From assembly GCA_964558575.1 (NCBI GenBank), contig CAZLEQ010000005.1, positions 3,743-67,742 of the forward strand: a stretch of DNA of 64,000 bases. The letters run 5' to 3'. Source of the stretch: an uncultured Acidimicrobiaceae bacterium. Lineage in GTDB: Bacteria > Actinomycetota > Acidimicrobiia > Spongiisociales > ZC4RG35. Shown here piece by piece: positions 30,300 to 40,400 of the stretch (position 1 is its first letter; each line of letters begins with the position of its first letter). Below the pieces are notes generated by a model. It worked only from the letters and a program-made list of their open reading frames with translations. It was not told the DNA's origin and ran no database searches. The translations under genes were made by a program, and so were the position numbers.

Positions 30300-31653
30300 G
30301 GGCCGGGGCCAGGCTGTACAGCACCCGAGTCCCTCCATCGAGGGTCTGCGAGGCGATGGTCTCGAAATGGGTAGAGAGCAACCCCTCGAATTCGGTCCTC
30401 GAGCGGTTTGGGTGAAGCTCCGACTCCAGCTTGTTGGCGGTCAGCGTGGCCACCATCTCGTCCTCGGGCGCGACGAACTCGACGACCACCGGGCAGCCGA
30501 GAGCGGCCAGCCAGGCCACCACCTCTGAGGGCGGAATGCTGGCGGTGTAGATCAGGTGATGGATCAGGCCATAGGCGATCACCAGGTCTGGGTCGGCGCG
30601 TTCCATCAGGCCGGGACGTTCCTTCCCGGCCCAGCCCTGTGCCGGTGTTGGGTTGGTCAGGTCGCTGAGGACGATGGACACCTTGGAGCCTCTCCGGTAG
30701 AGCGCATCGAGGACGGCCTCGTCGCCGTCCACGGCGATGGCGACAGCCCCCGATCCTGCGGCGAGCTCGGAGAAGTGCCCGTCATTGGCTCCCAGGTCGA
30801 CGACACGTCGTGGACGGTGGGTTTCGAGGGCGCGGGTCAGGAAGTCGCCCTTCTTGTCGCGGTCGCGCGCCACGTGATCACACGACTCGTACCCGACCCA
30901 TCCCCCCGCGCCGGCCTCCCATTCCAGGCCCTCGACCAGCTTTCGCAGCTTGTTCACATTGGCCAGGATCATCTCGGCACCGAATCCGGCGGTCTTCAGG
31001 TGGTTGCGCACCGGGGCTCCCGACATGCTCCGTTCCATCCTCGCCTGGAGGGAGACGTGGGGGAGGGTGGAAGGTCGGAGACGCTGCCAGAACCCGAGGA
31101 CGTTGCGCATCTCGGCGGCGGTGGGTCCCTCCGGGTTCCCGCGCATCCAGGGCTGAAATGGGATCCCGGCGTCGGCTCTGAGCATGAGCGGAAAGAGGAA
31201 CTGCCGGGTGAACTGTCGGTATCCGATCCAGGGCTCGCCCGGTGAGTACTCCTCGAACGAGCCGATGTCGAGGAACACCGGACGGCCATCCACGAACTGG
31301 ACGTTGAACGGAGTGGCATCCTTGATGGTGATCCCGTCGACGAGGGCCTCCGCCAACAGGTCGAGTTGGAGGAGGGCTGCGTCTTTCAGCATCGAGAACG
31401 TCCACTCGTGCGGATAGGACACGAACGGGATGCGCGGGTGCTCCAGCGCTCCGGCCACTTCCTCCGCCTCGTATTCGACCGGCGTGGAGCCGATGAGCCT
31501 GCCCTCGGAGATGGCACGTGCGAAGAAGTCGGTGGCGGAGAGGGCGTTCCAGGAGCGAAGTCCTCGCTCGTCGAGCAAGCGGAAGACCCGATCGCCTGTG
31601 AAGACGATGTGCGATGCGGGGTCGCGGAAGGACCCCGGATCGGCCCGATGCAT
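30289..31653 (-). CDS. NoeA-like kinase-like/SAM-dependent methyltransferase
   Basis: SFRDP, SYPHEW, KDATPFN...FLDIGSF; SAM motif VVDLGANDG; LIHHL, VEFV. Confidence 0.85.
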   Translation of the reverse strand: MHRADPGSFRDPASHIVFTGDRVFRLLDERGLRSWNALSATDFFARAISEGRLIGSTPVEYEAEEVAGALEHPRIPFVSYPHEWTFSMLKDAALLQLDLLAEALVDGITIKDATPFNVQFVDGRPVFLDIGSFEEYSPGEPWIGYRQFTRQFLFPLMLRADAGIPFQPWMRGNPEGPTAAEMRNVLGFWQRLRPSTLPHVSLQARMERSMSGAPVRNHLKTAGFGAEMILANVNKLRKLVEGLEWEAGAGGWVGYESCDHVARDRDKKGDFLTRALETHRPRRVVDLGANDGHFSELAAGSGAVAIAVDGDEAVLDALYRRGSKVSIVLSDLTNPTPAQGWAGKERPGLMERADPDLVIAYGLIHHLIYTASIPPSEVVAWLAALGCPVVVEFVAPEDEMVATLTANKLESELHPNRSRTEFEGLLSTHFETIASQTLDGGTRVLYSLAPALSG

Positions 31654-31661
31654 CTCGGGGG

Positions 31662-31838
31662 TCAGGACTCGGTCGGTATTGCGGGCTCGTCGACCTCGGC
31701 CTCGGCCTCGGCGATGGCACCCTTGCCCACGAGGCGAGCCTTCCACGCCTTGAAGGCCACGAGTATTCCTGCCGCTCCACCGAGAAGCGCCTGCAGGATG
31801 AGGCTTCCCGATCCGGCATCGAGGTATGCAAACAACAT
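31662..31838 (-). CDS. Small single-TM protein with AYLDAGSGS motif
   Basis: 58 aa MLFAYLDAGSGSLILQALLGG...; GGAG SD; ends 8 bp before the methyltransferase start. Confidence 0.8.
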   Translation of the reverse strand: MLFAYLDAGSGSLILQALLGGAAGILVAFKAWKARLVGKGAIAEAEAEVDEPAIPTES

Positions 31839-31917
31839 CTCTCCTGTTCCTTCCCAGGGACGAGCGGACTGACCGCTAGCCACCATGATCGTCCAAGACG
31901 GGTGACATGCCAACCCC

Positions 31918-32892
31918 TCAAACCCGGTAGAGCGTCTTCCCTTCGCGCTCGGAGGCGCGGACCCGCCCGATGAGGCGGAGATGCTCGAGATGGGACACCG
32001 TCTCCAGAAAGGCGAGACGCGCCCCGACGGGGTCGAGATTGGGGCGAAACGACTGTGTCATCACGTTCCAGGCCGTGGTCTCGGCGGTTCGAACCAGGTC
32101 GGTCATGTCCCTCAGGCGGCGATCGTGGTGGAGGAGGATCTGTCTCGCCCGCTCATCGCCCTGGTCGATGAGGGTGCCGTGGGCGGGGTAGGTGCGGCTG
32201 ATCTCCAGTGCGATCAGCCTGCGGAGCGAGTCGAGGTAGTCGCCGAGAGGGTCACCGATATCGGTGTCGTACATGATTACCGGAGAGATCCGGGGGAGCA
32301 CGTGATCGCCGGAGAAGAAGACTCCTGTGCGGGTGTCGCGCAGACAGATGTGAGCCGGCTCGTGGCCCGGGGTGTGCACCACCACCAGAGACCGACCCGT
32401 GCCGAGCGGGATCTCGTCGCCATCGGCCACCAGATGGTCAGGCGGGTCGATCAGCGGCATGTAGTCCGGCCGGCGGGTGCGGGTCGTGGCTTCGATGACC
32501 TGGTCGGGGACACCGTGGGAACGGGCAATGCCGGTCAGCCTTCTGGCATACCCCGGTGTGTCGTTGTAGCGATCGACGAGTTTGGCGGCTCGGTCGTGCA
32601 TGACGAAGCGGCACCCCAGCTCCCGCACCAGACGCGAGGCCATGCCGACATGGTCTGGATGGAGGTGGGAGACCACCAATGTGTGTACTGCGGACTCGTC
32701 GAGACCGAGATAGGTCAACCCCTCTCGCAGCGCGGTCCGGCCCGGCTCCCAATCCGTGCCACAGTCGATGAGGAGCAGCCCGGTGTCGTCTTCGATCGCG
32801 TAGGCATTCACCCACGCTGGAGATTGGAAGGGGAGTGGGGCCGGGATCAGGTGAATCCCGTCACCCAGAGACTGTGGCGATGGGATGCTCAT
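31918..32892 (-). CDS. MBL-fold metallo-hydrolase
   Basis: SHLHPDH, TPGH, GDH, PAHG. Confidence 0.92.
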   Translation of the reverse strand: MSIPSPQSLGDGIHLIPAPLPFQSPAWVNAYAIEDDTGLLLIDCGTDWEPGRTALREGLTYLGLDESAVHTLVVSHLHPDHVGMASRLVRELGCRFVMHDRAAKLVDRYNDTPGYARRLTGIARSHGVPDQVIEATTRTRRPDYMPLIDPPDHLVADGDEIPLGTGRSLVVVHTPGHEPAHICLRDTRTGVFFSGDHVLPRISPVIMYDTDIGDPLGDYLDSLRRLIALEISRTYPAHGTLIDQGDERARQILLHHDRRLRDMTDLVRTAETTAWNVMTQSFRPNLDPVGARLAFLETVSHLEHLRLIGRVRASEREGKTLYRV

Positions 32893-33512
32893 GTCTTCCT
32901 CGGCTTCTGGCTGCGCCTAGTCGCCCACCAACTGCTGAGGAGAGCGATGGCGAGCGTGACGGCCAGGGCAGTACCCGACCAGATCGCCACCCCGCGCCCG
33001 CCGACCTCGTTCGGATCGAGAAACGGATACGCGTGGTAGTCGGTCATCGCCCCGCGCGTCAGGGTGTAACCGAGGTAGAGCACCGGCAGCGCCGTCCAGG
33101 CCGCGGCGTCTCTCACGGCGAATGGAAGTGGGGGCGGGAAGGCCAGCCAGTCGGCGAGCACCGCCACCGGGCCCACAAAGCCCAGGCTCCAATCGACCCA
33201 TGGCTCCGTGGATCCGGGCACCGTACCGAGTGAGGTCTGGAGCGAGGCGAAGAGTGTGACGGTCATCGCCATCGAAACGGTGACGGCACCCCTGAAGAAC
33301 GAGAATCGCTTCGACCCGCCGAGACCGGGGCGGACGGCATACATGGCGAGCATCGCCATCGCCAGCACGTTGCTCAGGACGGTGAAAGAGGAGAGGAATT
33401 CGGTGGGCGGTGTCTCGCCGCGACTCATGCCGATCGCAAGCCGGCCGACCAGGGCCACGGCCAGGAGGGAGGCCATGGCGAGGCGAAGGGAACGAAGGGA
33501 CGTCTCGCTCAT
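32889..33512 (-). CDS. Pr6Pr/FAR-17a-like integral membrane protein
   Basis: FTVLSN, RGA, ADWL, YTLTRG, YPFLDP. Confidence 0.75.
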   Translation of the reverse strand: MSETSLRSLRLAMASLLAVALVGRLAIGMSRGETPPTEFLSSFTVLSNVLAMAMLAMYAVRPGLGGSKRFSFFRGAVTVSMAMTVTLFASLQTSLGTVPGSTEPWVDWSLGFVGPVAVLADWLAFPPPLPFAVRDAAAWTALPVLYLGYTLTRGAMTDYHAYPFLDPNEVGGRGVAIWSGTALAVTLAIALLSSWWATRRSQKPRKT

Positions 33513-33679
33513 GGGGCGGGGATGGTAAACGCGGATTGCTTGGCCGATCGGGTGGCATGTCGAACTCGACGCGTCTGGCGGGTCAGGCGAGGGCGATTTC
33601 CTGGCGTCGGATGGATCACCCTGCCGAGCATCGGGTTGGTTTCTTCGCGATTGGGGCTGAGACCTGCTCGGCGCTCCGT

Positions 33680-33830
33680 TATGCTTTGTGGTGGCGCCGT
33701 GAGATCCGGTGCCACGCCTGGCTTGTGCGCTCCAACCCGTCGGAGACTGCACATGGCGATCGGCGGCTTCGGCCGACGGTCGCGCAGATGGTCGGTGCAG
33801 TTGAATTCGACGGGATCCAAAGGAGCGAAA
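33680..33830 (+). ncRNA. Highly structured 5' leader of RRM gene (candidate cis-regulatory RNA)
   Basis: -10 TATGCT 33680-85; hairpin 33691-33715; long nested hairpin 33728-33827 with cUUCGg apex that pairs the SD. Confidence 0.6.
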
Positions 33831-34085
33831 ATGGCAACCAATCTCTTCGTAGGGAATCTTCCCTTCTCGACGAGTTCCTCCGAGCTGGAGGAGCTCTTCG
33901 GCCGATTCGGCGCGGTGTCCCGCGCCCAGGTGATCACCGATCGCGACACGGGGCGTTCCCGGGGCTTCGGTTTCGTCGAGATGGACTCCGACGACGAGGC
34001 GCAGCAGGCCATCGAGGCTCTCGACGGCTCCGAGATCGACGGGCGCCAGATCAAGGTCAACGTGGCCCGGGAGCGCTCTCGCTGA
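33831..34085 (+). CDS. RRM (RNP) RNA-binding protein
   Basis: RNP2 LFVGNL, RNP1 RGFGFVEM; AAGGAG SD. Confidence 0.95.
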   Translation: MATNLFVGNLPFSTSSSELEELFGRFGAVSRAQVITDRDTGRSRGFGFVEMDSDDEAQQAIEALDGSEIDGRQIKVNVARERSR

Positions 34086-34098
34086 ACGTCTGACGGAC

Positions 34099-34323
34099 CT
34101 AGCCGTGTTCGACGGGGTCCTTGATCCCGAAGGTGATGTCGAGCGTCACCGAGAACACGGTGGGGGCTCCCGAGGAGTCCACTTCCCCGCCGACTTCGAC
34201 GATCTCGAAGCGGTGGATGTCGGAGATGGTGCTGGCGGCGCGCGCCAGGACGGTGCGCACCGCATCCTCGATCGAGTCTCCGGCTGTGCCCGACAGTCTG
34301 ATCGTCTTGGTTATCGATGACAT
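34099..34323 (-). CDS. Dodecin-like flavin-binding protein
   Basis: 74 aa, K.I.L.GT...SIEDAV...A..T...FE..E..G.V...F.VTL.I.F pattern. Confidence 0.8.
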   Translation of the reverse strand: MSSITKTIRLSGTAGDSIEDAVRTVLARAASTISDIHRFEIVEVGGEVDSSGAPTVFSVTLDITFGIKDPVEHG

Positions 34324-34336
34324 GTGGAGCGAGAAG

Positions 34337-35224
34337 CTAGCCGGTCGAAGCTATCGCTGAGGCGACGGAGGCGGCACCACTGCCCAGTACCAGCGTGTAG
34401 TGGTTGACTCCGGGGAGGTACTGCATGGACAGGTTCGGGTTCGAGGCGACCAGATCCTCTGCGACGTCTCGGGGGATCATCCCCCCGGGCTGGTCGAGTG
34501 CTCCTCGCTCCACCACGATGACGTGAGTGGGGACCTCGAGGGCGGCAGCGGCTCGGTTGGCCTCAGTCCCGACGGTGATCTCTCGGGCCCCTATCTCGAT
34601 GGCGGTGGGGTTGGCGATGACCTCGAAGCCGTCTCCGACAGGGACGAGCTCGTGGCCGAGGGCTTCTCTCATCGAGTCGTCCCAGTACTTCTCGAATGCA
34701 GGGTGGCTCTTCCAGTGGTCGAAGAACGCCCTTTCGCTGTCGAAGCCCATTTCGAGTCGCCGCAAGGAGGGGCCGACGATCGCGTCGATGATCTCCTGAG
34801 GTTCGGCATGGGGGTCACGCGGCATCGGTAACCCGCCGTCGACCAGGATCACCCGCTCCGTCCGGTCGGGATGTCTGGCTCCGAAAAGGGCGGCGACCCA
34901 GCCGCCCATCGAATAGCCGGCGATGATGCCGCGATCGGAGCCGAAGTGGTCGAGCGCGCGGACGATGTCGTCGGCCACGGTGGTCAGGTCGTACGGGGGT
35001 GGGGCGTGGGCGCTACCGGCGCGCCCCCTGACGTCGAGGGCAATGACCCCTAACCGGGGAGGGAGATGCTCGATGACCGCGCCCCACCAACGGGAATTTC
35101 CGGAGAGCCCGTGAACCAGGACCGCGGTACCGGTGTCTCCCGCGGAGGGCCGGTGCCACGCGTTGACATGGCCGCCTGGGATCGGGATCGAGACGTCTCG
35201 CATCGAGCCGAATGTAGCCGTCAA
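34337..35224 (-). CDS. Alpha/beta hydrolase
   Basis: VHGL, DVRGRAGS, GYSMGG, NHY. Confidence 0.88.
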   Translation of the reverse strand: MTATFGSMRDVSIPIPGGHVNAWHRPSAGDTGTAVLVHGLSGNSRWWGAVIEHLPPRLGVIALDVRGRAGSAHAPPPYDLTTVADDIVRALDHFGSDRGIIAGYSMGGWVAALFGARHPDRTERVILVDGGLPMPRDPHAEPQEIIDAIVGPSLRRLEMGFDSERAFFDHWKSHPAFEKYWDDSMREALGHELVPVGDGFEVIANPTAIEIGAREITVGTEANRAAAALEVPTHVIVVERGALDQPGGMIPRDVAEDLVASNPNLSMQYLPGVNHYTLVLGSGAASVASAIASTG

Positions 35225-36324
35225 CCGTGGAGCCGCTCGCCTCTGACGTAGGTGGCGACGACGTCGAGACCTTCGTCCAAGATGACGACGTCGGCGCGCG
35301 AGCCCACCTCGAGGCTTCCCCTCCGTTCCAGTCCCAGGGCTCGGGCCGGGTTGCGAGTGACGCAGAGCAGAGCCTCGTCGATGGCCGCCGGGGTGGACGT
35401 GGTCAGGTGAGCCATCGCCTGGGTCAGGGTGACGACACTCCCGGCCAGACGGCCATCGCTGGTCCGGGGGCCGTCGTCACCGACCGTGATCGGCCCGTCG
35501 CCCAGCGGGTAGGTGCCCGGTCCCAGCCCGAGTGCTGCCATGGCGTCGGTGACCAGGATGGTGCGGCTCGGTCCGAGCACGCGCCAGGCGACGTCGAGGG
35601 CGCCGGCTGCGACGTGGATCCCGTCGACGATGAGGAGACAATACGGCGAGGAGGCCAATGCGGCGCCGACGACTCCAGGCTCGCGGTGTCCCATCGGGGT
35701 CATCTGGTTGAAGAGGTGGGTCACCGTCGTCGCGTAGGCGGCGAGGGCCCCCGTGGCGGTGTCGTAGGTGGCGGCGGTGTGGCCGAGGGAGACGACCACA
35801 CCGGACCGAGCCAGGGACCGTCCCACCTCGGTGGCACCGGGTAGTTCCGGGGCGAGGGTGACCATGCGGACCGTCCCGGAGCTCGCCCAGCGGTGTGCGG
35901 TGGCCCAGTCGGGCTCGACGATGTGTGCCGGATCATGTGCGCCGTGCATGTGAGGGGATATCCAGGGTCCCTCGAAATGGAGTCCGAGGACTTCCGCGCC
36001 TCGGTAGTCGGACGGTCTCCGGTTGGCCACCACGTCCATGGCGAGATCGGTGACCTCTGCCGGGGAGGTGACGATCGTGGGAGCGAACGCAGTGACCCCG
36101 AGCCTGGGGAGCAGTTGACCTACCTCCCATATCGTCGTCGGATCGTGAGTGAAGTCGTGGCCGAAGGCGCCGTTGATCTGGAGGTCGATGAGACCCGGTG
36201 CGACCATGAGCCCGCTGGCGTCGGCCGTTTGCCCTTCCGGGCGGTCAGCGACCAGCATTCCGTCTGCGATGTGCAGGTCTCGCCGTGAGCCCGAGACGAG
36301 CCGTCCGCCCTCGATGGTGGTCAC
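35221..36324 (-). CDS. nagA: N-acetylglucosamine-6-phosphate deacetylase
   Basis: PGLIDLQING, HFEGP, TLAPE, GHT, THLFNQM, VTDAM, LAGS. Confidence 0.95.
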   Translation of the reverse strand: MTTIEGGRLVSGSRRDLHIADGMLVADRPEGQTADASGLMVAPGLIDLQINGAFGHDFTHDPTTIWEVGQLLPRLGVTAFAPTIVTSPAEVTDLAMDVVANRRPSDYRGAEVLGLHFEGPWISPHMHGAHDPAHIVEPDWATAHRWASSGTVRMVTLAPELPGATEVGRSLARSGVVVSLGHTAATYDTATGALAAYATTVTHLFNQMTPMGHREPGVVGAALASSPYCLLIVDGIHVAAGALDVAWRVLGPSRTILVTDAMAALGLGPGTYPLGDGPITVGDDGPRTSDGRLAGSVVTLTQAMAHLTTSTPAAIDEALLCVTRNPARALGLERRGSLEVGSRADVVILDEGLDVVATYVRGERLHG

Positions 36325-36392
36325 GGCGTTGAGTGTGGGCGCCGAGGGGAGGGGACGCAACTAAGACCCGACGGTGTCCTAAGTTTGGGGGC

Positions 36393-37262
36393 ATGCGGCT
36401 CGTCGGGGTCCTCGTTGCGGCCATGGCCCTGGTGGCGTGCACAGGCTCCGATGCAGGATCGGTGACTTCGATCGCGATACGGGAGACGACGACCACGTCC
36501 ACTACGACGACCGCGACCACCACCACCTCTACCATCCCCACCACCACGACCACCAACCCGTTCGCACGACCCGAGTGGCTGGGCACACATCCCCTGCCCC
36601 TGCGTCCCGATGGCCACGGCGAGGCCCAGCCCACACCGGACGAGCTGGTGGACCGTCGACTGGGGACCATCGACCTTCTAGACCCTCCGGCCACGTCGCG
36701 GTTCGAGAGCACCATCGAGCCGGTCCCCCCCGATGTGCTGGCCCGCTCCAGCTGGCAGGACGATTGTCCCGTGGGGGTGGATGACCTGCGGTACCTGACC
36801 CTCGGCCACTATGGCTTCGACGGGGAGTTCCACACTGGGGAGATGATCGTCAACGTCGACGTAGCCGAGGATGTGGTCGACGTCTTCGCCAGGCTCCACG
36901 AGGCGCGTTTCCCCATCGAGCAGATGCGGGTCATCAGGGCGGACGAGATCGACGATCATCCGACGGGAGACTGGAACGAGACCACGTCGTTCGTCTGTCG
37001 ACCTGCCGTGGGGTCCTCGAATTGGTCACAGCACGCCTTTGGTTTGGCCATCGACGTCAATCCCTTCCACAACCCCTATCTCAAGGGGGATCTGGTGATC
37101 CCGGAACTGGCCGCTGCTTACACCGACAGGGACCACGTGAGGCCGGGCATGATCGTCGATGGTGACGTGGTGGTCGAGGCCTTCGCCGAGATCGGCTGGA
37201 CCTGGGGCGGCGATTGGAACACCCTCAAGGACTGGATGCACTTCTCCGTGACCGGCCGCTAG
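36393..37262 (+). CDS. M15 family metallopeptidase lipoprotein
   Basis: Lipobox LVAC, Thr-rich linker, SQHAFGLAIDVNP, WGGDW...DWMHF. Confidence 0.88.
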   Translation: MRLVGVLVAAMALVACTGSDAGSVTSIAIRETTTTSTTTTATTTTSTIPTTTTTNPFARPEWLGTHPLPLRPDGHGEAQPTPDELVDRRLGTIDLLDPPATSRFESTIEPVPPDVLARSSWQDDCPVGVDDLRYLTLGHYGFDGEFHTGEMIVNVDVAEDVVDVFARLHEARFPIEQMRVIRADEIDDHPTGDWNETTSFVCRPAVGSSNWSQHAFGLAIDVNPFHNPYLKGDLVIPELAAAYTDRDHVRPGMIVDGDVVVEAFAEIGWTWGGDWNTLKDWMHFSVTGR

Positions 37263-37388
37263 AGAACCGCACTTTGCTTCCTATGCACAGGGGCCGGATT
37301 CGGGCTCCCAGCAAGGGGAAGTGTCCGGTCGAGTCTCGGCGCCTTCTCTGTTCACCAGGGCCGGTATATCGGCCCTACAGCATTAGGA

Positions 37389-37411
37389 ATCGAACATATG
37401 TTCGATATAGT
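37389..37411 (+). promoter_or_regulatory. LexA SOS box and -10 of dnaE2
   Basis: Perfect 18-bp palindrome ATCGAACATATGTTCGAT (37389-37406); TATAGT 37406-11; GTG start at 37418. Confidence 0.92.
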
Positions 37412-37417
37412 AGGGCG

Positions 37418-40400
37418 GTGGCCCGATACGCCGAGCTCCACTGTCATACCAACTTCTCCTTCCTCGACGGGGCATCGCATCCGGAGGACCTGGTGCAGCG
37501 GGCGATGGACCTGGGGTACGAGGCACTGGCAGTGACCGACCACAACGGCTTCTACGGAACCTCGCGGTTATGGCAGGCGGCCAAGGAGACGGGGCTGGCG
37601 GTCATCTACGGGGTGGAGATCGCATTGGAGCGGCCCGACCCGGGCGGTGGCCCCGACCCCGTCTTCCGTGCCGAGGAGTGGGACCGGAAGCGTCATGGCC
37701 GGAGCAAGGGTGGCCAGGGCCGGTTGCGACGGGGTCGATCGGTCCGCTCCCACGGGGTCAAGCCGACCCGTTTGCCCGAGTCGGACCACCTGGTGTTGCT
37801 GGCGGGGTCTCCCGACGGCTACCGGGCTCTCTCTCATCTCGTCACCCGGGCACAGATGCTGGGAGAGAAGGACCATCCGATCTACACCTGGGACGACCTC
37901 GCCGTGGCCGCCACCAACCGGGCCGTCCATGCCCTCACCGGCTGCCGTCATGGTGCCGTCCCCAAGGCGACCTCCGAAGGCCTGGCCGCGGTGGTGCGGG
38001 AGACGTCCCGGCTGCGTGAGATCTTCGGTCCCCGGCTCCACATGGAGTTGTGGCATCACGGCATGCCCGAGGACGATTCCCGCAATGACATGATCTGGGA
38101 GGTGGGTCGGAAGCTGGGCTTGTCGACGCTGGCCACCAACCAGGTGCACTATCACGACCGCGCCGACGCCCATCTGTCCGAGGTGCTGGCCGCCATCGGC
38201 GGCCGGAGGACACTGGCCGAGGCCGATGGGTTCCGGCCGGCCACTGACGAGCGCTATCTGAAACATCCCAAGGAGATGGAATGGCGTTTCACCCGCTATC
38301 CGGGAGCGGTGGAGCGCAGTGCAGAGCTGGGCCGGCGGCTCGCCTTCGACCTGGCCCTGGTGGCTCCCCGACTCCCGGACTTCCCCATGCCGGGACATTT
38401 CCGCGACGAGATGGACTATCTCCGCCATCTCACCTGGGAGGGGGCGGGAGAGGTCTACCCGGGATCGGATGACGGCATCGACCCGGCCGCTCGCCGCCGT
38501 CTCCAGTATGAGCTCGACATCATCGAGAGGCTGGGGTTCCCCGGTTACTTCCTGGTGGTCAAGGATCTGGTCGACTTCTCCAGGGAGCAGGGGATCTATT
38601 GCCAGATCAGAGGGTCGGGGGCCGATTCGGCGGTGTGTCGCTGCATCGGGCTGACCCGGGTCGATCCGATCAGGCTCCAACTCCCGTTCGAGCGCTTCCT
38701 CTCGGAGGAGCGGGGAAAGCCGCCCGACATCGACGTCGACTTCGAGGCAGACCGCCGTGAGGAGGTGATCCAGTATTGCTACCGGCGTTACGGAAGAGAG
38801 CGGGCGGCGATGGTGGCCAATGTCATCACCTATCGAGCCCGGTCGGTGCTCCGTGATGTGGCCAAGACGTTCGGCTTCACCCAGGCTCAGGTCGACGGCC
38901 TGTCGAAGTACGTCGACAGCCATGATCCCGCGCAATTGCGTGACATGGACATCTCGTTGCCCGAGGGGGTCACCTCCGAGATGATCTACGACATCTGCTG
39001 GCGGCTCGACGGCTTTCCCCGGCACCTCGGCATCCACTCCGGGGGGATGGTGATAGCCGACCGGCCCCTCTGGCAGGTGGTGCCACTCGAGTGGGGGCGG
39101 ATGGAGGGTCGCACGGTCATCCAGTGGGACAAGGACGACTCGGCCGCGGTCGGCATCGTCAAGTTCGATCTGCTCGGCCTGGGGATGCTCAACGCCCTCC
39201 ATCTGACCACCGACCTGGTCGAGGAGACCCACGGTGTCGAAATCGACCTGGCCCGGATCCCCCAAGAGCCGGCGATATACGAGTCGATGACCCGAGCCGA
39301 CACCGTTGGCCTGTTCCAGATCGAGTCACGTGCCCAGATGGCCACCTTGCCCAAGATGAAACCGAAGACCTTCTACGACCTGGCAGTCGAGGTGGCTCTG
39401 ATCCGGCCCGGCCCGATCCAAGGCCAGTCGGTCCACCCATATCTGCGGCGACGCAGTGGTGAGGAGCCGATTCGCTATCCCCATCCGTCCACCGAGCCGA
39501 TCCTGGAGAAGACCCTCGGCGTGCCCATCTTCCAGGAGCAACTCATGGAACTCGCCCGGGTCTGTGCCGGCTTCGACGGCTCCCAGGCCGACCGGCTTCG
39601 CCAGGCCATGACTCACAAGCGATCAGCCGAGGCGATGGGCAGGCTGCGCCACGAGGTGTATGCCGGGATGGCGTCGAACGGGATCGTCGGTTCTGCGGCC
39701 GATGAGATCTGGGAGAAGTTGCAGGGTTTCTCGAGCTTCGGCTTTCCCGAGAGCCACTCGGTGAGCTTCGCCTACATCGTGTACATGTCGGCGTGGCTTC
39801 GTTTCCATTATCCGGCCGAGTACCTGGCAGGTCTGCTCAACGCCCAGCCCATGGGTTTCTATAGCCCTAATTCCCTGGTCCAGGATGCGCAGCGGCACGG
39901 AGTGGTGGTGCTGGCGCCGTGTGTCAACCTCTCCTGGCACGATTGCACGATCGAGCCGATGGTCACCGACCCCGATGACGTGGTCTCTCATCTCGGCCAG
40001 GAGTGGCGGCGGGGGAGGGGCCACGTCGCCGATCCGCTCCGCCCTGCTGTGGCGGTGCGCATAGGTCTCCGCTACGTCCGCAACCTGGGGGAGAGGGAGA
40101 TCACCCGGATCGAGGCGGCGCGAATCCTGGGCGGCGAGTTCAGCTCACCGGAGGATCTGGCCTCCCGCACCGGTCTCGACGTGGCGTCGCTGGAGGGTCT
40201 GGCCGCGTCAGGGGCACTCGAAGCGGTGGGTCTGGGCCGACGCGAGGGTCTGTGGGCCGCCGGTGCGCTGGCCGAGATCGACCCCGAGCGGCTCGCACTG
40301 TCTCCGGGGGTGGCTGCGCCCACCTTGCCGGGGATGACCGAAGAGGAGATCCATCGGGCCGACCTCTGGTCGACGTCGGTGTCCTCCCGTCATCCGATGA

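Noticed and set aside
36485-36555. ACC/ACG tandem repeats
   Set aside because: Thr-rich linker codons of a lipoprotein
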